A stretch of 20,000 bases of DNA from Savitreella phatthalungensis (taxonomy: Eukaryota). Position 1 is the stretch's first letter. Every line of letters starts with the position of its first letter. A program made the position numbers and the translations under genes. Below, piece by piece: positions 1 to 10,225 of this stretch. The notes beneath the pieces were generated by a model. The model was not told where the DNA came from. It worked only from the letters and a program-made list of their open reading frames with translations, and made no database searches. The DNA is taken from assembly GCA_051599415.1 (NCBI GenBank), contig AP039707.1:242766-262765 (forward strand), read 5' to 3'.

Positions 1-137
1 CAGCAATTGAATTGATCGCTCTGATAAGCGCATGGCCTGTTATCGGATCGATTCATACATAGCTTAAATCGGCACACGACCCTGTAACATTTGGAACTAG
101 ACGCGTAGGTCATAGCGCATTCATAGTCCATTGAGGG

Positions 138-1049
138 ATGGGCGCGCACCATCTGCCAAGGGGCTGCGCTGCGACAGATGCATTCGGGCACAACGTCTCG
201 CGCATCGTCGAGCGCCTGACAGGTGAATGTGTCTATGGTAATCGGGCTCTTTTCAGCTGGTCAGTCGGATGGATGAGTCTGGCCTGCTGGCTCCAGGCGC
301 AGATTCCACAGGTATTGCTCAACATACAGCGTGGATCGGCCGAGGGAATTTCTGCGAGCTTTCTGCTAATCTGGCTCGTCGGCGACATCGCAAATCTAGT
401 GGGATGCATCATGACTGAGCAGCTGCCCTTTCAGACCTTACTAGCATTGTACTACTGCTTCGTCGACTCTTGCTTGGTGGTCCAGTACGTATGGTACACA
501 TTAATGCGCCAACAGGCACCCCTGATCGACGGTATCGAGCCGCGCGGCACACACGGCGCAGGGCTTTCGCGGCTCAGAGGCAGTTTTTCGTCCCTCTTCA
601 AAGCTGCAATCATACCGGGCGCTCATGCTGCGCCTCTCTTCGCGCCGATACTCGATCTCTACACCCTGGGAACGGCTGCATCATGGCTGTCATCTGTTCT
701 TTATCTAACATCGCGCGTGCCGCAAATCCGCCTTAATTGGCAGCGGAAGTCCACATTCGGCACGAGCATCTTGCTTTTCACGGCCGCGTTTTTCGGTAAC
801 TTGTGCTATACATTGAGCATCCTCACGAGCCCATATGCGTCAAGTGAGTACGGGCAAAGTAGCGACGAGATCCGCGGTTTCCTTTTCGCCGCGCTTCCTT
901 TCTTAATCGGCGCCTCAGGGACGCTTGTATTCGACGCTGTGATAGGGGCTCAATGGTTGATCTATCGTCCGCGCGGCCAAGGACGAATCTTAACGGCCGA
1001 ACGTCTCTCGTACGGTACATTTGCTGATGTCGATTGGATCTTGTCATGA
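138..1049 (+). CDS. PQ-loop repeat membrane protein, Ypq1/Ypq2/Rtc2 (PQLC2)-type vacuolar cationic amino acid transporter
   Basis: 303-aa ORF with two PQ motifs (AQIPQVLLN..S.EGIS..FL.IWLVGD; SRVPQIRLNW.RKSTFG.S..LF...FFGN), about 7 hydrophobic segments and the family-typical LPFLIGASGTLVFD. Paralog cannot be resolved. Confidence 0.9.
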   Translation: MGAHHLPRGCAATDAFGHNVSRIVERLTGECVYGNRALFSWSVGWMSLACWLQAQIPQVLLNIQRGSAEGISASFLLIWLVGDIANLVGCIMTEQLPFQTLLALYYCFVDSCLVVQYVWYTLMRQQAPLIDGIEPRGTHGAGLSRLRGSFSSLFKAAIIPGAHAAPLFAPILDLYTLGTAASWLSSVLYLTSRVPQIRLNWQRKSTFGTSILLFTAAFFGNLCYTLSILTSPYASSEYGQSSDEIRGFLFAALPFLIGASGTLVFDAVIGAQWLIYRPRGQGRILTAERLSYGTFADVDWILS

Positions 1050-1100
1050 GTATCTCGAATAGAAATGAATGAATGAGTGATCAAATAAATGAGGTGTATT

Positions 1101-2867
1101 TTACACTTGTCGCCGTGACTCTATCTGTCCGCCAACGATGACTTCCTCCACGAAAACATCTGTCTTTTCATCCCAGCTGAACTTCACCAGATCTGCACTG
1201 AAAGACCTCGGAACGATACAATACACCACTTCGAGAGGCACATCGAGTGCCGTTGCCTGGTGCGGCGTAAGGTTGAGGAAGTAGGAGAGTAAGATTCGGG
1301 AAATCACGCGGTGAGAGATCATGAGAATGTGATGCGCGGCACGTTCCGTCTCGACGATGATTGGATTGAGACGATGAACGACGTCAAGATAAGACTCGCC
1401 GGCAACGCCGGGATATCGGTAGTGCAATTTGTCTGCTTGCCGACTGGCAAATTCGCGCGGGAACTGCTGCTGAATCTCAGCATATGTCATCCGCTCCATG
1501 ATACCGCTGTTGATTTCGTCCATGATTCTGAAGGATTTCACGTCGTAAATGGCTTCGTCAAAATCCATGGCACTGTCCTTCGAGCGAGATAGCGAAGAAG
1601 TCCAGACCGAGAATGACTTCTCGGCTGGCGGCAATTCATGGTGATAGTAACCATCACGGGGTGTTGGGTTCTCCGTCCAATGATCGAGCTCGTTCGGAAT
1701 GATACGTGGATGCGAACGCCACTGTTCCAGCTGGTGCTGTCGGAAGCGCAAACGCTGCTCGTCAACCAGCCGCGCAAGAGCAGCCGCATACTTCCGCCCG
1801 CGTGGAGTGAGAGGAGCATCGCCGCCGATCCTGCCTTCCACATTATCTTGCGACTCACCGTGTCGAGTGATGAAGATCAAGCGCTCTGCGAGATTGAAGT
1901 TCAGAAGGAAGCCCACAGCCTGGCTAGCAAGAAAGCCCATGATGTTGTGTGAGATGATCTTCTTGCCAACATTGATCATCTTACAAAAGCTGACGTTGTC
2001 TCGTTCTTCCTCTTCGCCAATCGTCTCGTAGGCACGCTCATAATTGCGCACCCTTGCCTTGAAGTCCTTCAAAGCGACCACCGGATTCATGTCGCGATAG
2101 TCCGGTCCTCCTAGTTTGAGCCGCATATTCGCCTCGAGCAACTCACTGTCCGTACAAATACTCTCAAGGTAGAGAACTTTGAGATCGGCCTCGACTGCTA
2201 TTCGTCGATTGATGGCATTTCTGCGCGACCGAGTGCTGTTCGTAGCATCAAATATGCCTACTGTCCCGTCCTCATGCACGATCCAATGCACAAGACTCTC
2301 GAGCGTCTCCATGGCGAGCTTCTCTCGCGTCTGCCTGGCACTCTCGTTATCCACATCGAAGAAATCTGCGTCCTGCTTCGCCTGCACGTTCCGCCGCCGC
2401 CTATCACCACAATTGAATATGCGACATTGGTGTCCTTGCCAATTGAAATACCTTGCGAGCTTTTTAACGATGTAGGATTTGCCGCGTGCAGGAAGGCCGA
2501 CCATGACAATAACAAGTTTTGACGCCGTCTGATGGACGGCACCATCTGGACTGATCTTCGAGCGCGTCACGCCTGGGACGGCTAGCGTCTGAGCTCGTGG
2601 CAACAGTCTAGGTGAGTTTGGAGCGGTCTGCGCAGGCGTCGCAGAGGTCGACCGCGTCGCCGGTGTATCGCTCGCCCTGCTTGTCAAGTTATGTTCACGA
2701 GTTAGGGCAGTCTTCTGAAGGAGGAAACGCGTGTGCTCGATCGCATCATCATTGGTCGGCGGAGAAAGCGAGACATTCGATGATGCACGCCGATGATGCC
2801 GCTTCACTATCGGACGATTGTGCATGCCGGGAACCAGAAAGTCCGAAGGCGTAGCAGGATGGCTCAT
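1101..2867 (-). CDS. PFK26: 6-phosphofructo-2-kinase / fructose-2,6-bisphosphatase family protein, PFK26-type
   Basis: 588 aa. Kinase P-loop MVGLPARGKS and IFDATNST.SRR; C-terminal histidine-phosphatase domain ITRHGESQDN..GRIGGD, ESYLDV..RL, ISHRVISR. The GRIGG/LTPRG context and inserted loop resemble fungal Pfk26. Confidence 0.9.
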   Translation of the reverse strand: MSHPATPSDFLVPGMHNRPIVKRHHRRASSNVSLSPPTNDDAIEHTRFLLQKTALTREHNLTSRASDTPATRSTSATPAQTAPNSPRLLPRAQTLAVPGVTRSKISPDGAVHQTASKLVIVMVGLPARGKSYIVKKLARYFNWQGHQCRIFNCGDRRRRNVQAKQDADFFDVDNESARQTREKLAMETLESLVHWIVHEDGTVGIFDATNSTRSRRNAINRRIAVEADLKVLYLESICTDSELLEANMRLKLGGPDYRDMNPVVALKDFKARVRNYERAYETIGEEEERDNVSFCKMINVGKKIISHNIMGFLASQAVGFLLNFNLAERLIFITRHGESQDNVEGRIGGDAPLTPRGRKYAAALARLVDEQRLRFRQHQLEQWRSHPRIIPNELDHWTENPTPRDGYYHHELPPAEKSFSVWTSSLSRSKDSAMDFDEAIYDVKSFRIMDEINSGIMERMTYAEIQQQFPREFASRQADKLHYRYPGVAGESYLDVVHRLNPIIVETERAAHHILMISHRVISRILLSYFLNLTPHQATALDVPLEVVYCIVPRSFSADLVKFSWDEKTDVFVEEVIVGGQIESRRQV

Positions 2868-3185
2868 CTTCTCGACGTTGCAAGTTCTGACCCATAATTT
2901 TTTGTGATGATCAGGTCAATTGTATCGGGATCACTCAAATCTGGTCTTGAACACTAGAAAGCACGTGCAGATTGCGAATCACTGATTTACTGGATATCGA
3001 GTATACTCAAACACATGCGTACCCGTCTCCAAAGGCGTAGCGGCAAAGGCGGCTTTCGAAGGCCATAATCAGTTGCAGGTGATGGGCCGCCTGCATATAT
3101 TCGTGAGCGACCGGCTTTCCCGGTTCTCGGCTTGTACTACTTTACTCAAGGATCTTCGTCGCTGCGCTGCTGAAGAGTGGGATAT

Positions 3186-3330
3186 CCGGGGTTGACCAAT
3201 CACATTTCAGTTCTTGCCTCGAATCCTCGTCATACACCCCGCGCTGATTGGCTGTACATTCGAATTCCGCCAAAGCCGCACTTCCTACGGGGCAAGACTT
3301 GAAGCCAGCATCAGGCCAAGTCGACTATAA
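3186..3330. promoter_or_regulatory. Candidate promoter elements in the divergent PFK26/FDH intergenic region
   Basis: CCAATCA at 3196-3202 and inverted TGATTGG at 3245-3251; SYGGRG-type (CreA/Mig1) boxes CCGGGG 3186-3191 and CCCCGC 3237-3242; TATAA at 3326-3330. Motif matches only. Confidence 0.35.
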
Positions 3331-3384
3331 GAAGGCAAGTATGTTCCTCATCAATTATGGTATTAACGTCAAAGCCATAGTGAG

Positions 3385-4599
3385 ATGTTTTCACGCACAG
3401 TACAAAGATCCGCTCGCAATGCAAGGAGTTTCACTGCTGGCCGCCCAGCCAGCATGAAAGTGCTCGGCGTGTTCTACAAAGGTGGTGAGCATGCCAAGGA
3501 GCAGCCGAAGCTTCTCGGCACAATCGAAAACCAGCTGGGCATTCGAGAATGGCTCGAGTCACAGGGACACGAATACGTTGTCACCGATGACAAGGAAGGA
3601 TCCAGTTCTACTTTCGACAAAGAGCTCGTTGATGCGGACGTTATCATCACGACTCCATTCCATCCCGGATACATCACTCGCGAGCGTATTGCAAAGGCTA
3701 AGAACCTGAAGGCTTGTATCACCGCCGGTATCGGTTCTGACCATGTGGATCTGAATGCGGCAAACGAGCGGAAGATTGGTGTATACGAGGTTACGGGCTC
3801 TAACGTCGTGTCTGTGGCTGAGCACGTCGTCATGACTATTCTCGCTCTCGTTCGTAATTTCGTGCCTTCACACGAGATGATTGTGAATGGCGACTGGGAA
3901 GTTGCAGCCGTTGCGAGGAACTCATACGATCTCGAGGGCAAGGTGGTCGCTACTGTTGGCGTCGGACGTATCGGTGAGCGTGTGCTCCGTCGGCTGAAGC
4001 CATTCGACTGCAAGGAGCTGCTCTACTACGACTACGCATCCCTGCCCGCCGATGTCGAGAAGGAGCTGGGAGCCCGCCGCGTCGAATCTCTGGAAGAGAT
4101 GGTTGCACAGGCAGATGTTGTCACCATCAACTGCCCTCTGCATGAGGGCACGAAAGGTCTGTTCAACAAGAACCTTCTCTCCAAGATGAAGAAGGGCGCC
4201 TGGTTAGTCAACACGGCCCGTGGCGCTATCTGCAATGCCCAGGACGTCGCAGATGCCGTCAAATCAGGTCACTTGGCCGGCTACGGTGGCGACGTCTGGC
4301 CATACCAGCCTGCACCAAAGGATGCTCCTTGGCGGTCGATGTTCTACAAGGACTCGCAGGCACAAGGCGGCAACGCCATGACACCACATATGTCAGGTAC
4401 TTCCCTCGACGCGCAGCAACGTTATGCAGCAGGCACGAAGAAGATCCTGGACAACTTCTTCAAGAAGCAGGCCCAGACACCAGCTGATGTGATCGTCGAG
4501 AACGGTGATTATGCTTCAAAGGCATACGGACAGCGTGATCAGCTGAAGGACAAGGTTGCTGGATTCCGCGGTTACGACGAGAAGAACAAGCGTGGATAA
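3385..4599 (+). CDS. FDH1: NAD-dependent formate dehydrogenase, with a 23-aa N-terminal extension; second in-frame ATG at 3454
   Basis: Motifs [30 protein letters not shown], nucleotide-binding GVGRIG, LLYYDY (acidic residue consistent with NAD specificity), [32 protein letters not shown]. Confidence 0.97.
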   Translation: MFSRTVQRSARNARSFTAGRPASMKVLGVFYKGGEHAKEQPKLLGTIENQLGIREWLESQGHEYVVTDDKEGSSSTFDKELVDADVIITTPFHPGYITRERIAKAKNLKACITAGIGSDHVDLNAANERKIGVYEVTGSNVVSVAEHVVMTILALVRNFVPSHEMIVNGDWEVAAVARNSYDLEGKVVATVGVGRIGERVLRRLKPFDCKELLYYDYASLPADVEKELGARRVESLEEMVAQADVVTINCPLHEGTKGLFNKNLLSKMKKGAWLVNTARGAICNAQDVADAVKSGHLAGYGGDVWPYQPAPKDAPWRSMFYKDSQAQGGNAMTPHMSGTSLDAQQRYAAGTKKILDNFFKKQAQTPADVIVENGDYASKAYGQRDQLKDKVAGFRGYDEKNKRG

Positions 4600-4615
4600 G
4601 TAAGCATTTAAATTT

Positions 4616-7183
4616 TCATAGTTGTGGACGAATGAGAATCTGCTTTGATGATGCTTCGACTTCGAGTTCAACGTCGAGTGTATGTGAACGGCAAATCGGC
4701 ATTGTCAAGAAACCAGAGGAGATTGGTAGGAAGGTACTTTCGATGGAGGCCCCGGGATGCAATTCCATTGATTTCTGCGTGACCAGCATCCACTGATTGA
4801 TGTTGTACTCGATGTCCACTTGAATGACTTTTTCCAGGTTTCCCTTTACAGAGAAGCAGATACTGCCGACGTCGCCTTCAAACCAGTCCTGCTGTTTGAC
4901 AGTGGCGTCGATGACGATAGTGATGCGCGGACGATGAGATTGGTACTTGATCACTTCGGTCATCGTACTGTCACGGCAGCCAAAGATTTCCGCCCTCCAG
5001 AAGTCGGCATGCTCGCGGAGAGAGTCGCGCAGTTGTTTGGGAACATCCAGTTCGAGACTTAGCTCGTGGTCCTGCCGAGCATTGTACTCGAGCCGTGGCC
5101 AGACATTTTCCAATACGACCCGCGCCTCGGCATATCCATCAGGGACCACCAACTCATCTCGCAAGGTCACCTCGACTGTGATCTCGTCCTCGACCGATTT
5201 AAGCTTGTGTCCAAACTTCTCGGTCGGTCTGAGGAGCGTCTCCCCTGTCCAAATATTTTCCCGAGCCACGATTTTCAGCAAGCGAAGAGGCCTGTTGCTG
5301 ATGTTCGATATCAGTATGTACAATAGGCCAGGCGAGCAGTCCTCGATCTCAATCCTCAGCGCTGATCTTGCTGGATTATAGTGCGCCTGCTTGACCTGCG
5401 AATCTGGGAGCTCGAGCGTCGTAAATATTCTGGATTGGAGGGCGATCGCGTGAAAACGATCGACAATTTCGAGTTGCTCGGAGATCACGTTCATAGAATC
5501 ACTCTTAAGGTCCACGTATCTTAGATCCGCGTTTGGACGACGCCTGGGTGGACTCAGAAGGCACTTAGGAACGCCGGGTGGTAGAACCAGCGTGAAGGCG
5601 GGCTCGTTGAACCTGTGGTCGAGCTCGAGCATGCCCAATTGAACCTTGAGGCTTCGAGCTTCAACCGGACCCTCGACGTATAGGTTGCAGCTTAATTCGA
5701 TCGTTTGCGAAGAAGACACAATGTTGGTCGAATCCGTATACTCGACGGGTCCAAAATCACCGCTATCAAGGATTAGCGTGAGCTGCGCCGGTCCGAGAGG
5801 CACTCGCCACGCTGACTCTAGGACGACGGCAAGCCTACCCGATCGAACTGTCAACGTGATAAGACAGTGGTCCGCGAGCTCCAAAGTGCAATGAGATTGG
5901 CGCAGGTAATTAGCTGCCCGCAAGGCAAGCGTCTTATCCGAATCACTTACAAGTCGTGCTGCCAGCTCTTGGAGCTGAGTAGATTGGCCCAGGCCGTCGA
6001 GTAGCTCGAAAGCCGTACGGCAAGACAGAGTCTTGGTACGTCCAGACATGGCACGAGCCACCAAAGTAGTAATTCGTTCTCTGCTGGTGGATATTGATTC
6101 ATTCTGACCGGCCTTGCGGAGCAGGGCTGCCTGAGCACTGTCCGTCGTCCGTCTGCGCGCTGCATACTTGGCATCAACCATGACAAGCTCGAGATTCGCA
6201 TCCGAAGGCTCATGTTCTAGGAGCACTGTACTCAGATCGAGTCGTGCAGCTGCAAAATCCTCATTGTAAGAGGTATCATCAGCTCCCGCGAGCACTTCTT
6301 TGATATAGCGCACAACCCAGTGACATGCCTGCTCATATGACAATGGTGATGTACCGGCGCGCACGCACGTGAGGAATGCTGGCAGGCAGGCCGCTGCATC
6401 TTTCAAGGCGTCCGCTTGACATTCGCGCTGTCGATGCCATATCAGTCTGCGGGTCAAGTTACGTAGACGGTTGATAAGACCATTCCCAGGAAACGCGAGC
6501 GGACTTGAATCTAGTGTGGGCGGATCGCTTGGGACGATGTCTCCGTCCAGCAAGCCATCCAAAAGGAGCGAGAACCTGATCGCGACCTTAAGCTGACTGT
6601 TTTGTGCCGCTGCCATACACAGCGCGTCTAGTTTGGCTGGCTCAAGCGGGACCTCGCGCATGCGGCGCTCTAGCTCTGAGAGGGCCCCCGCGCGCATGGA
6701 GCTGAGAATGGCGTTCCATTCCATCGGACCCATCGATTCAGATATCTCGTGCAAGCTAAGATCTGATATAGTCCCGTAGTCTGTGCGGCACTTTTCAAGA
6801 AGCGTAGTCCGAGATGACAGCAGGCGCGATGCGCGCTTCTGCGACTTTTGGACGCGTCCATTGACGAGCAGGATCCTCGGACATCCAGGCGCGTCCGCAC
6901 GTCGAAGCCAATCCTCGATCGCACTTTTACCACGGATTTTGTACTCCTCGTCTTCTACAGCAAGAGTGAGTACATTGAGAACGGGCGATTCGAATGCCCC
7001 GAGCGTGCGCCTGGGTACAAGACGACTGTCGATGGCCTCAAACTCGAGAGAAGCTTGGCCATCGACGCCGAGGTCTCTCAAACCTTCTGGCCAGCTAAAA
7101 TCACGAAGAGGCGCGTATCTTGTAAGCGCATCGCGCAGCAAACTGTATCCTCCGCCGTCGTGCACGCTCACCGCCAAGCGCAT
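4616..7183 (-). CDS. TRS130: TRAPP-II complex subunit Trs130/TRAPPC10-like protein (divergent, shortened)
   Basis: 855-aa ORF. N-terminal ESPVLNVL...ED.EYK...K..IEDW and SRTTLLEKCRTDY, and C-terminal W.LV..KS....FLPISSGFLTMP, resemble conserved TRAPPC10 N- and C-terminal blocks as I recall them. The middle is not recognisable by eye. Confidence 0.7.
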   Translation of the reverse strand: MRLAVSVHDGGGYSLLRDALTRYAPLRDFSWPEGLRDLGVDGQASLEFEAIDSRLVPRRTLGAFESPVLNVLTLAVEDEEYKIRGKSAIEDWLRRADAPGCPRILLVNGRVQKSQKRASRLLSSRTTLLEKCRTDYGTISDLSLHEISESMGPMEWNAILSSMRAGALSELERRMREVPLEPAKLDALCMAAAQNSQLKVAIRFSLLLDGLLDGDIVPSDPPTLDSSPLAFPGNGLINRLRNLTRRLIWHRQRECQADALKDAAACLPAFLTCVRAGTSPLSYEQACHWVVRYIKEVLAGADDTSYNEDFAAARLDLSTVLLEHEPSDANLELVMVDAKYAARRRTTDSAQAALLRKAGQNESISTSRERITTLVARAMSGRTKTLSCRTAFELLDGLGQSTQLQELAARLVSDSDKTLALRAANYLRQSHCTLELADHCLITLTVRSGRLAVVLESAWRVPLGPAQLTLILDSGDFGPVEYTDSTNIVSSSQTIELSCNLYVEGPVEARSLKVQLGMLELDHRFNEPAFTLVLPPGVPKCLLSPPRRRPNADLRYVDLKSDSMNVISEQLEIVDRFHAIALQSRIFTTLELPDSQVKQAHYNPARSALRIEIEDCSPGLLYILISNISNRPLRLLKIVARENIWTGETLLRPTEKFGHKLKSVEDEITVEVTLRDELVVPDGYAEARVVLENVWPRLEYNARQDHELSLELDVPKQLRDSLREHADFWRAEIFGCRDSTMTEVIKYQSHRPRITIVIDATVKQQDWFEGDVGSICFSVKGNLEKVIQVDIEYNINQWMLVTQKSMELHPGASIESTFLPISSGFLTMPICRSHTLDVELEVEASSKQILIRPQL

Positions 7184-7296
7184 ATGTCATTGATTTACGT
7201 ACGCGTTTTTTAGAAAGACGAAGTGCGGTTTGGAAAAGTTAAATTCGATCGATCATAATGAAGTCTGACATCATTGACGATTGAAGGTCTCAGAGG

Positions 7297-7965
7297 ATGA
7301 AGATCCTCACCAAGCAAGAGGAAGACGAGCATTACTCGCATGTCCTAGAGGGCGGTTTGAAAGGTGGCGCGATGGGTCTCGGAGTCGGAATGGCTGGTCT
7401 CTTGGCCGCACGTCGATTCTCCTCAGGCGTGCGCTCCCTGACGATTCCGTTCCAAGCATTCCTCGTTACCGGTGTGACTACATTCTCACTCATCATCGGC
7501 GCTGACAGGTACTCGCGCAATTACGAACGAAAGATCTGGGAGAAGTATGGTGAACGTGAATCGATCGTGACGACCGGTGCTCAAGGAGGTCTACTGCACA
7601 CTGCGAACCAGTACCGCTGGCATCTCGTAGGAGGATCCTGGCTCGCCGGAATGGCAGGTTCTTTGACAGCAGTTTCGCGGAACAGGTACTTATCGACCTC
7701 ACAAAAACTTGTACAGGCACGTATGTACGCTCAGGGCATCACATTGGCAGTTTTGCTTATCTCCGCCGTTATTGCCACCGCAGACACCGGCGAACAGGAC
7801 ACAGGGGAAGACTCAATTGTCAAGGATCCGTCCACGGGCAAAGCTATGCGTGTCCATCATGCGCACAAAGAGACGTATGCTGGCGAGAATCAGTGGCAGG
7901 ACATGATCGCAGCCGAGGACGCCCGACTGAAGGCCCGCGGCGAATCTGTGAGTGGCCGCTCGTAA
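7297..7965 (+). CDS. RCF2: Respiratory supercomplex factor 2 (HIG1-domain mitochondrial inner membrane protein)
   Basis: Starts MKILTKQEEDEHY..VL.GG..G like fungal Rcf2; HIG1 motif S.SQKLVQARMYAQGITLAVL; 222 aa with four hydrophobic segments. Confidence 0.93.
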   Translation: MKILTKQEEDEHYSHVLEGGLKGGAMGLGVGMAGLLAARRFSSGVRSLTIPFQAFLVTGVTTFSLIIGADRYSRNYERKIWEKYGERESIVTTGAQGGLLHTANQYRWHLVGGSWLAGMAGSLTAVSRNRYLSTSQKLVQARMYAQGITLAVLLISAVIATADTGEQDTGEDSIVKDPSTGKAMRVHHAHKETYAGENQWQDMIAAEDARLKARGESVSGRS

Positions 7966-8095
7966 ATCTACGTATGTTCAGAATCATGAAATTTTCAAGT
8001 CATCGTACGTACGCACATGCATGTCATCATGAGATACACTGTATAATTGATGGAGATACGTTGACTGGAGAAATATACACTGTCAACGATCACCC

Positions 8096-10168
8096 ATGTC
8101 GAATGTCCAGGTCATTACTGGAGAAAAGGCATATAACGGTGACGACGTCGCGGCCTGGGTGAAGAGTCTCGGATCGCGCGACTATCATGTTGTCAGCGTC
8201 TTTGGCAGCCAATCTACAGGCAAGTCTACGCTCCTTAATGCCCTTTTCGGCACCAACTTCGCGACGATGAATGAAGGATCCCGGCAACAGACGACCAAAG
8301 GCATTTGGCTGGCGTCTGCTTTGGAGAATAAGCTGCTCGTGATGGATGTTGAAGGCACAGACGGGCGGGAGCGCGGTGACGACCAAGATTTCGAGCGCAA
8401 GGCCGCGCTCTTCTCCCTCGCCATCTCCGAGGTTCTCGTGGTCAATATGTGGGAAACGCAAGTCGGCCTATTCCATGGCGCTAACATGGCTTTGCTCAAA
8501 ACGGTCTTCGACGTCGACTTACAAATCTTTGGGAGTGCAAGGACTCGCTCATGTCTGTTATTTGTGCTTCGCGACCACCTTGGGACAACTCCGCTCGACT
8601 CGCTTGCGCAGACCTTGACTGCCGACCTGGACAAGATGTGGGCTGAACTGAGCAAACCAGACGGGCTGAAGGACGCGAAGCTGGCTGATTTCTTTGACCT
8701 CCAGTTTGCCGGACTCGGTCACAAGGTGCTCACGCCCGATAAATTTGATAACGATGTCCGAGATCTACGACAGCGATTTGAGGCGGGACTAATCAAGACA
8801 GAGTATGCCCGTGATGTCCCGCTCGACGGATTTCCAGCATACGCAAGCCAGATCTGGCAGGTCATCCTCGAGAACAAGGACCTCGACCTGCCATCGCAGC
8901 AGCTGCTTCTCTCCCAGTATCGATGTGGCGAGATCACGACTGAGGCGCTTTTGGTCTTCCGAGACGCGCAGAGTGACTTTGGAGACGTCGAGAATATGGA
9001 AGATCTGGGTCAGAAGAGCCGCACAGCGATGCAACTCGCTCTGCGACACTTCGACGAGCACGCATCGCGTTATCAGCAGACGATCTACGAGAAGCAACGC
9101 GGCGAACTTCAGGCACAGATTGCCGCCGCACTTGAGGTCTTGTTTGAAAAGCGTGCTGCTGTGCTGCGAAACATGTATCTGGAAGAATTTCTCGCGGCGG
9201 CGAACACATTCGGCGTGTCGGCCGATTTTGTTCAAGAGCTGGTCAAGACACGAGCCGCTGTCTTCCAGAAATTCGCGGACAAGCTCGCTGATGCCTCGTA
9301 CCAGGGAAGCCGAGAGGATGCAAAGTTCGAGCAAGCTCTCGATCGTGCACAGGATGAAGTGCGCGCACGTCTTCTCCAGCGATATACGGACGACCTGGTC
9401 AAAAGCGCTTCGAAGAAACTCGAAAGTATTATTGCGCATGGCCTCGATGCGGACGACCCGACATGGTCAAAAGTCATGCCACGCGTGGAAGAGGAAATTG
9501 CAAAGCAGAAGCAGGCACACGGGGAAACACTGAAGCAGCTTGACGCAGTCGATCCAAATGTGCTGGGGCCAAGGCTGCAGGAGGTCGTGAAGGACCGACT
9601 CGCGGAGGAGACCTCGAATCGACTGCTCGTGCCGCGCATGCGGCTGTTGTTCGAGGAGAAATTCAAGTACAAAGACGGCTTGCCGGTCGTATGGCAAGCA
9701 GGAGATGACATCGACAAAGCTTTCGCTTCGGCAAAGGACGGCACCTTCAGAAGTCTTGAAAATCTCTGCGAATGTGACGGCGAGACGTTGATCGACGAAG
9801 AACGGCACGCGGAGATTGTGGCATCGGTTCGGCGATTCGCAGACACAGCATACATTGAGGCAAAGCGGAGTGCTGTCTCGAGCATCGCTCGTGTGCCTCC
9901 CTGGTTCTACGTGCTTTTGCTCTTGCTCGGCTGGAATGAGCTTGTGGCAGTCTTGCGCAGCCCTATGACGTTCCTCCTCATCGCATTCTGTGGTCTTGTG
10001 GGCTGGGCTGTCTACATCATGAATCTCGCCGGACCCCTCGAGCAAATCGGACGAAGTGCTCTCGGGACTGGCTGGCGAATAGCACAGGACAAGCTTCGCC
10101 AGGTCTTGGAACCTGGACAACCACCAATCGAGATGCACGAGATGCACGAAATGAAGAAGCACAAGTAA
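8096..10168 (+). CDS. SEY1: Sey1/RHD3 dynamin-like GTPase for homotypic ER fusion
   Basis: VSVFGSQSTGKSTLLN.LFGT.F, RQQTTKGIW, DVEGTDGRERG.DQDFERK, NKDLDLP; C-terminal transmembrane hairpin (PPWFYVLLLLLGWNE...); ends KKHK, a KKxx-type ER retrieval motif. Confidence 0.97.
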   Translation: MSNVQVITGEKAYNGDDVAAWVKSLGSRDYHVVSVFGSQSTGKSTLLNALFGTNFATMNEGSRQQTTKGIWLASALENKLLVMDVEGTDGRERGDDQDFERKAALFSLAISEVLVVNMWETQVGLFHGANMALLKTVFDVDLQIFGSARTRSCLLFVLRDHLGTTPLDSLAQTLTADLDKMWAELSKPDGLKDAKLADFFDLQFAGLGHKVLTPDKFDNDVRDLRQRFEAGLIKTEYARDVPLDGFPAYASQIWQVILENKDLDLPSQQLLLSQYRCGEITTEALLVFRDAQSDFGDVENMEDLGQKSRTAMQLALRHFDEHASRYQQTIYEKQRGELQAQIAAALEVLFEKRAAVLRNMYLEEFLAAANTFGVSADFVQELVKTRAAVFQKFADKLADASYQGSREDAKFEQALDRAQDEVRARLLQRYTDDLVKSASKKLESIIAHGLDADDPTWSKVMPRVEEEIAKQKQAHGETLKQLDAVDPNVLGPRLQEVVKDRLAEETSNRLLVPRMRLLFEEKFKYKDGLPVVWQAGDDIDKAFASAKDGTFRSLENLCECDGETLIDEERHAEIVASVRRFADTAYIEAKRSAVSSIARVPPWFYVLLLLLGWNELVAVLRSPMTFLLIAFCGLVGWAVYIMNLAGPLEQIGRSALGTGWRIAQDKLRQVLEPGQPPIEMHEMHEMKKHK

Positions 10169-10225
10169 TTCACATTATTATAATTTAATTCTTACCCGCC
10201 AAAAAAAGTTCAACGTATTCCGGGA

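Noticed and set aside
3339..3380. Possible 42-bp 5' UTR intron before FDH (GTATGT...TATTAAC...TAG)
   Set aside because: Plausible signals, but only 8 bp downstream of the TATAA candidate and not needed for the ORF; cannot be supported without RNA data.
8090..10162. Long antisense or alternate-frame ORFs over SEY1, and likewise over PFK26, FDH and TRS130
   Set aside because: Shadow ORFs of GC-rich coding sequence with no recognisable motifs.
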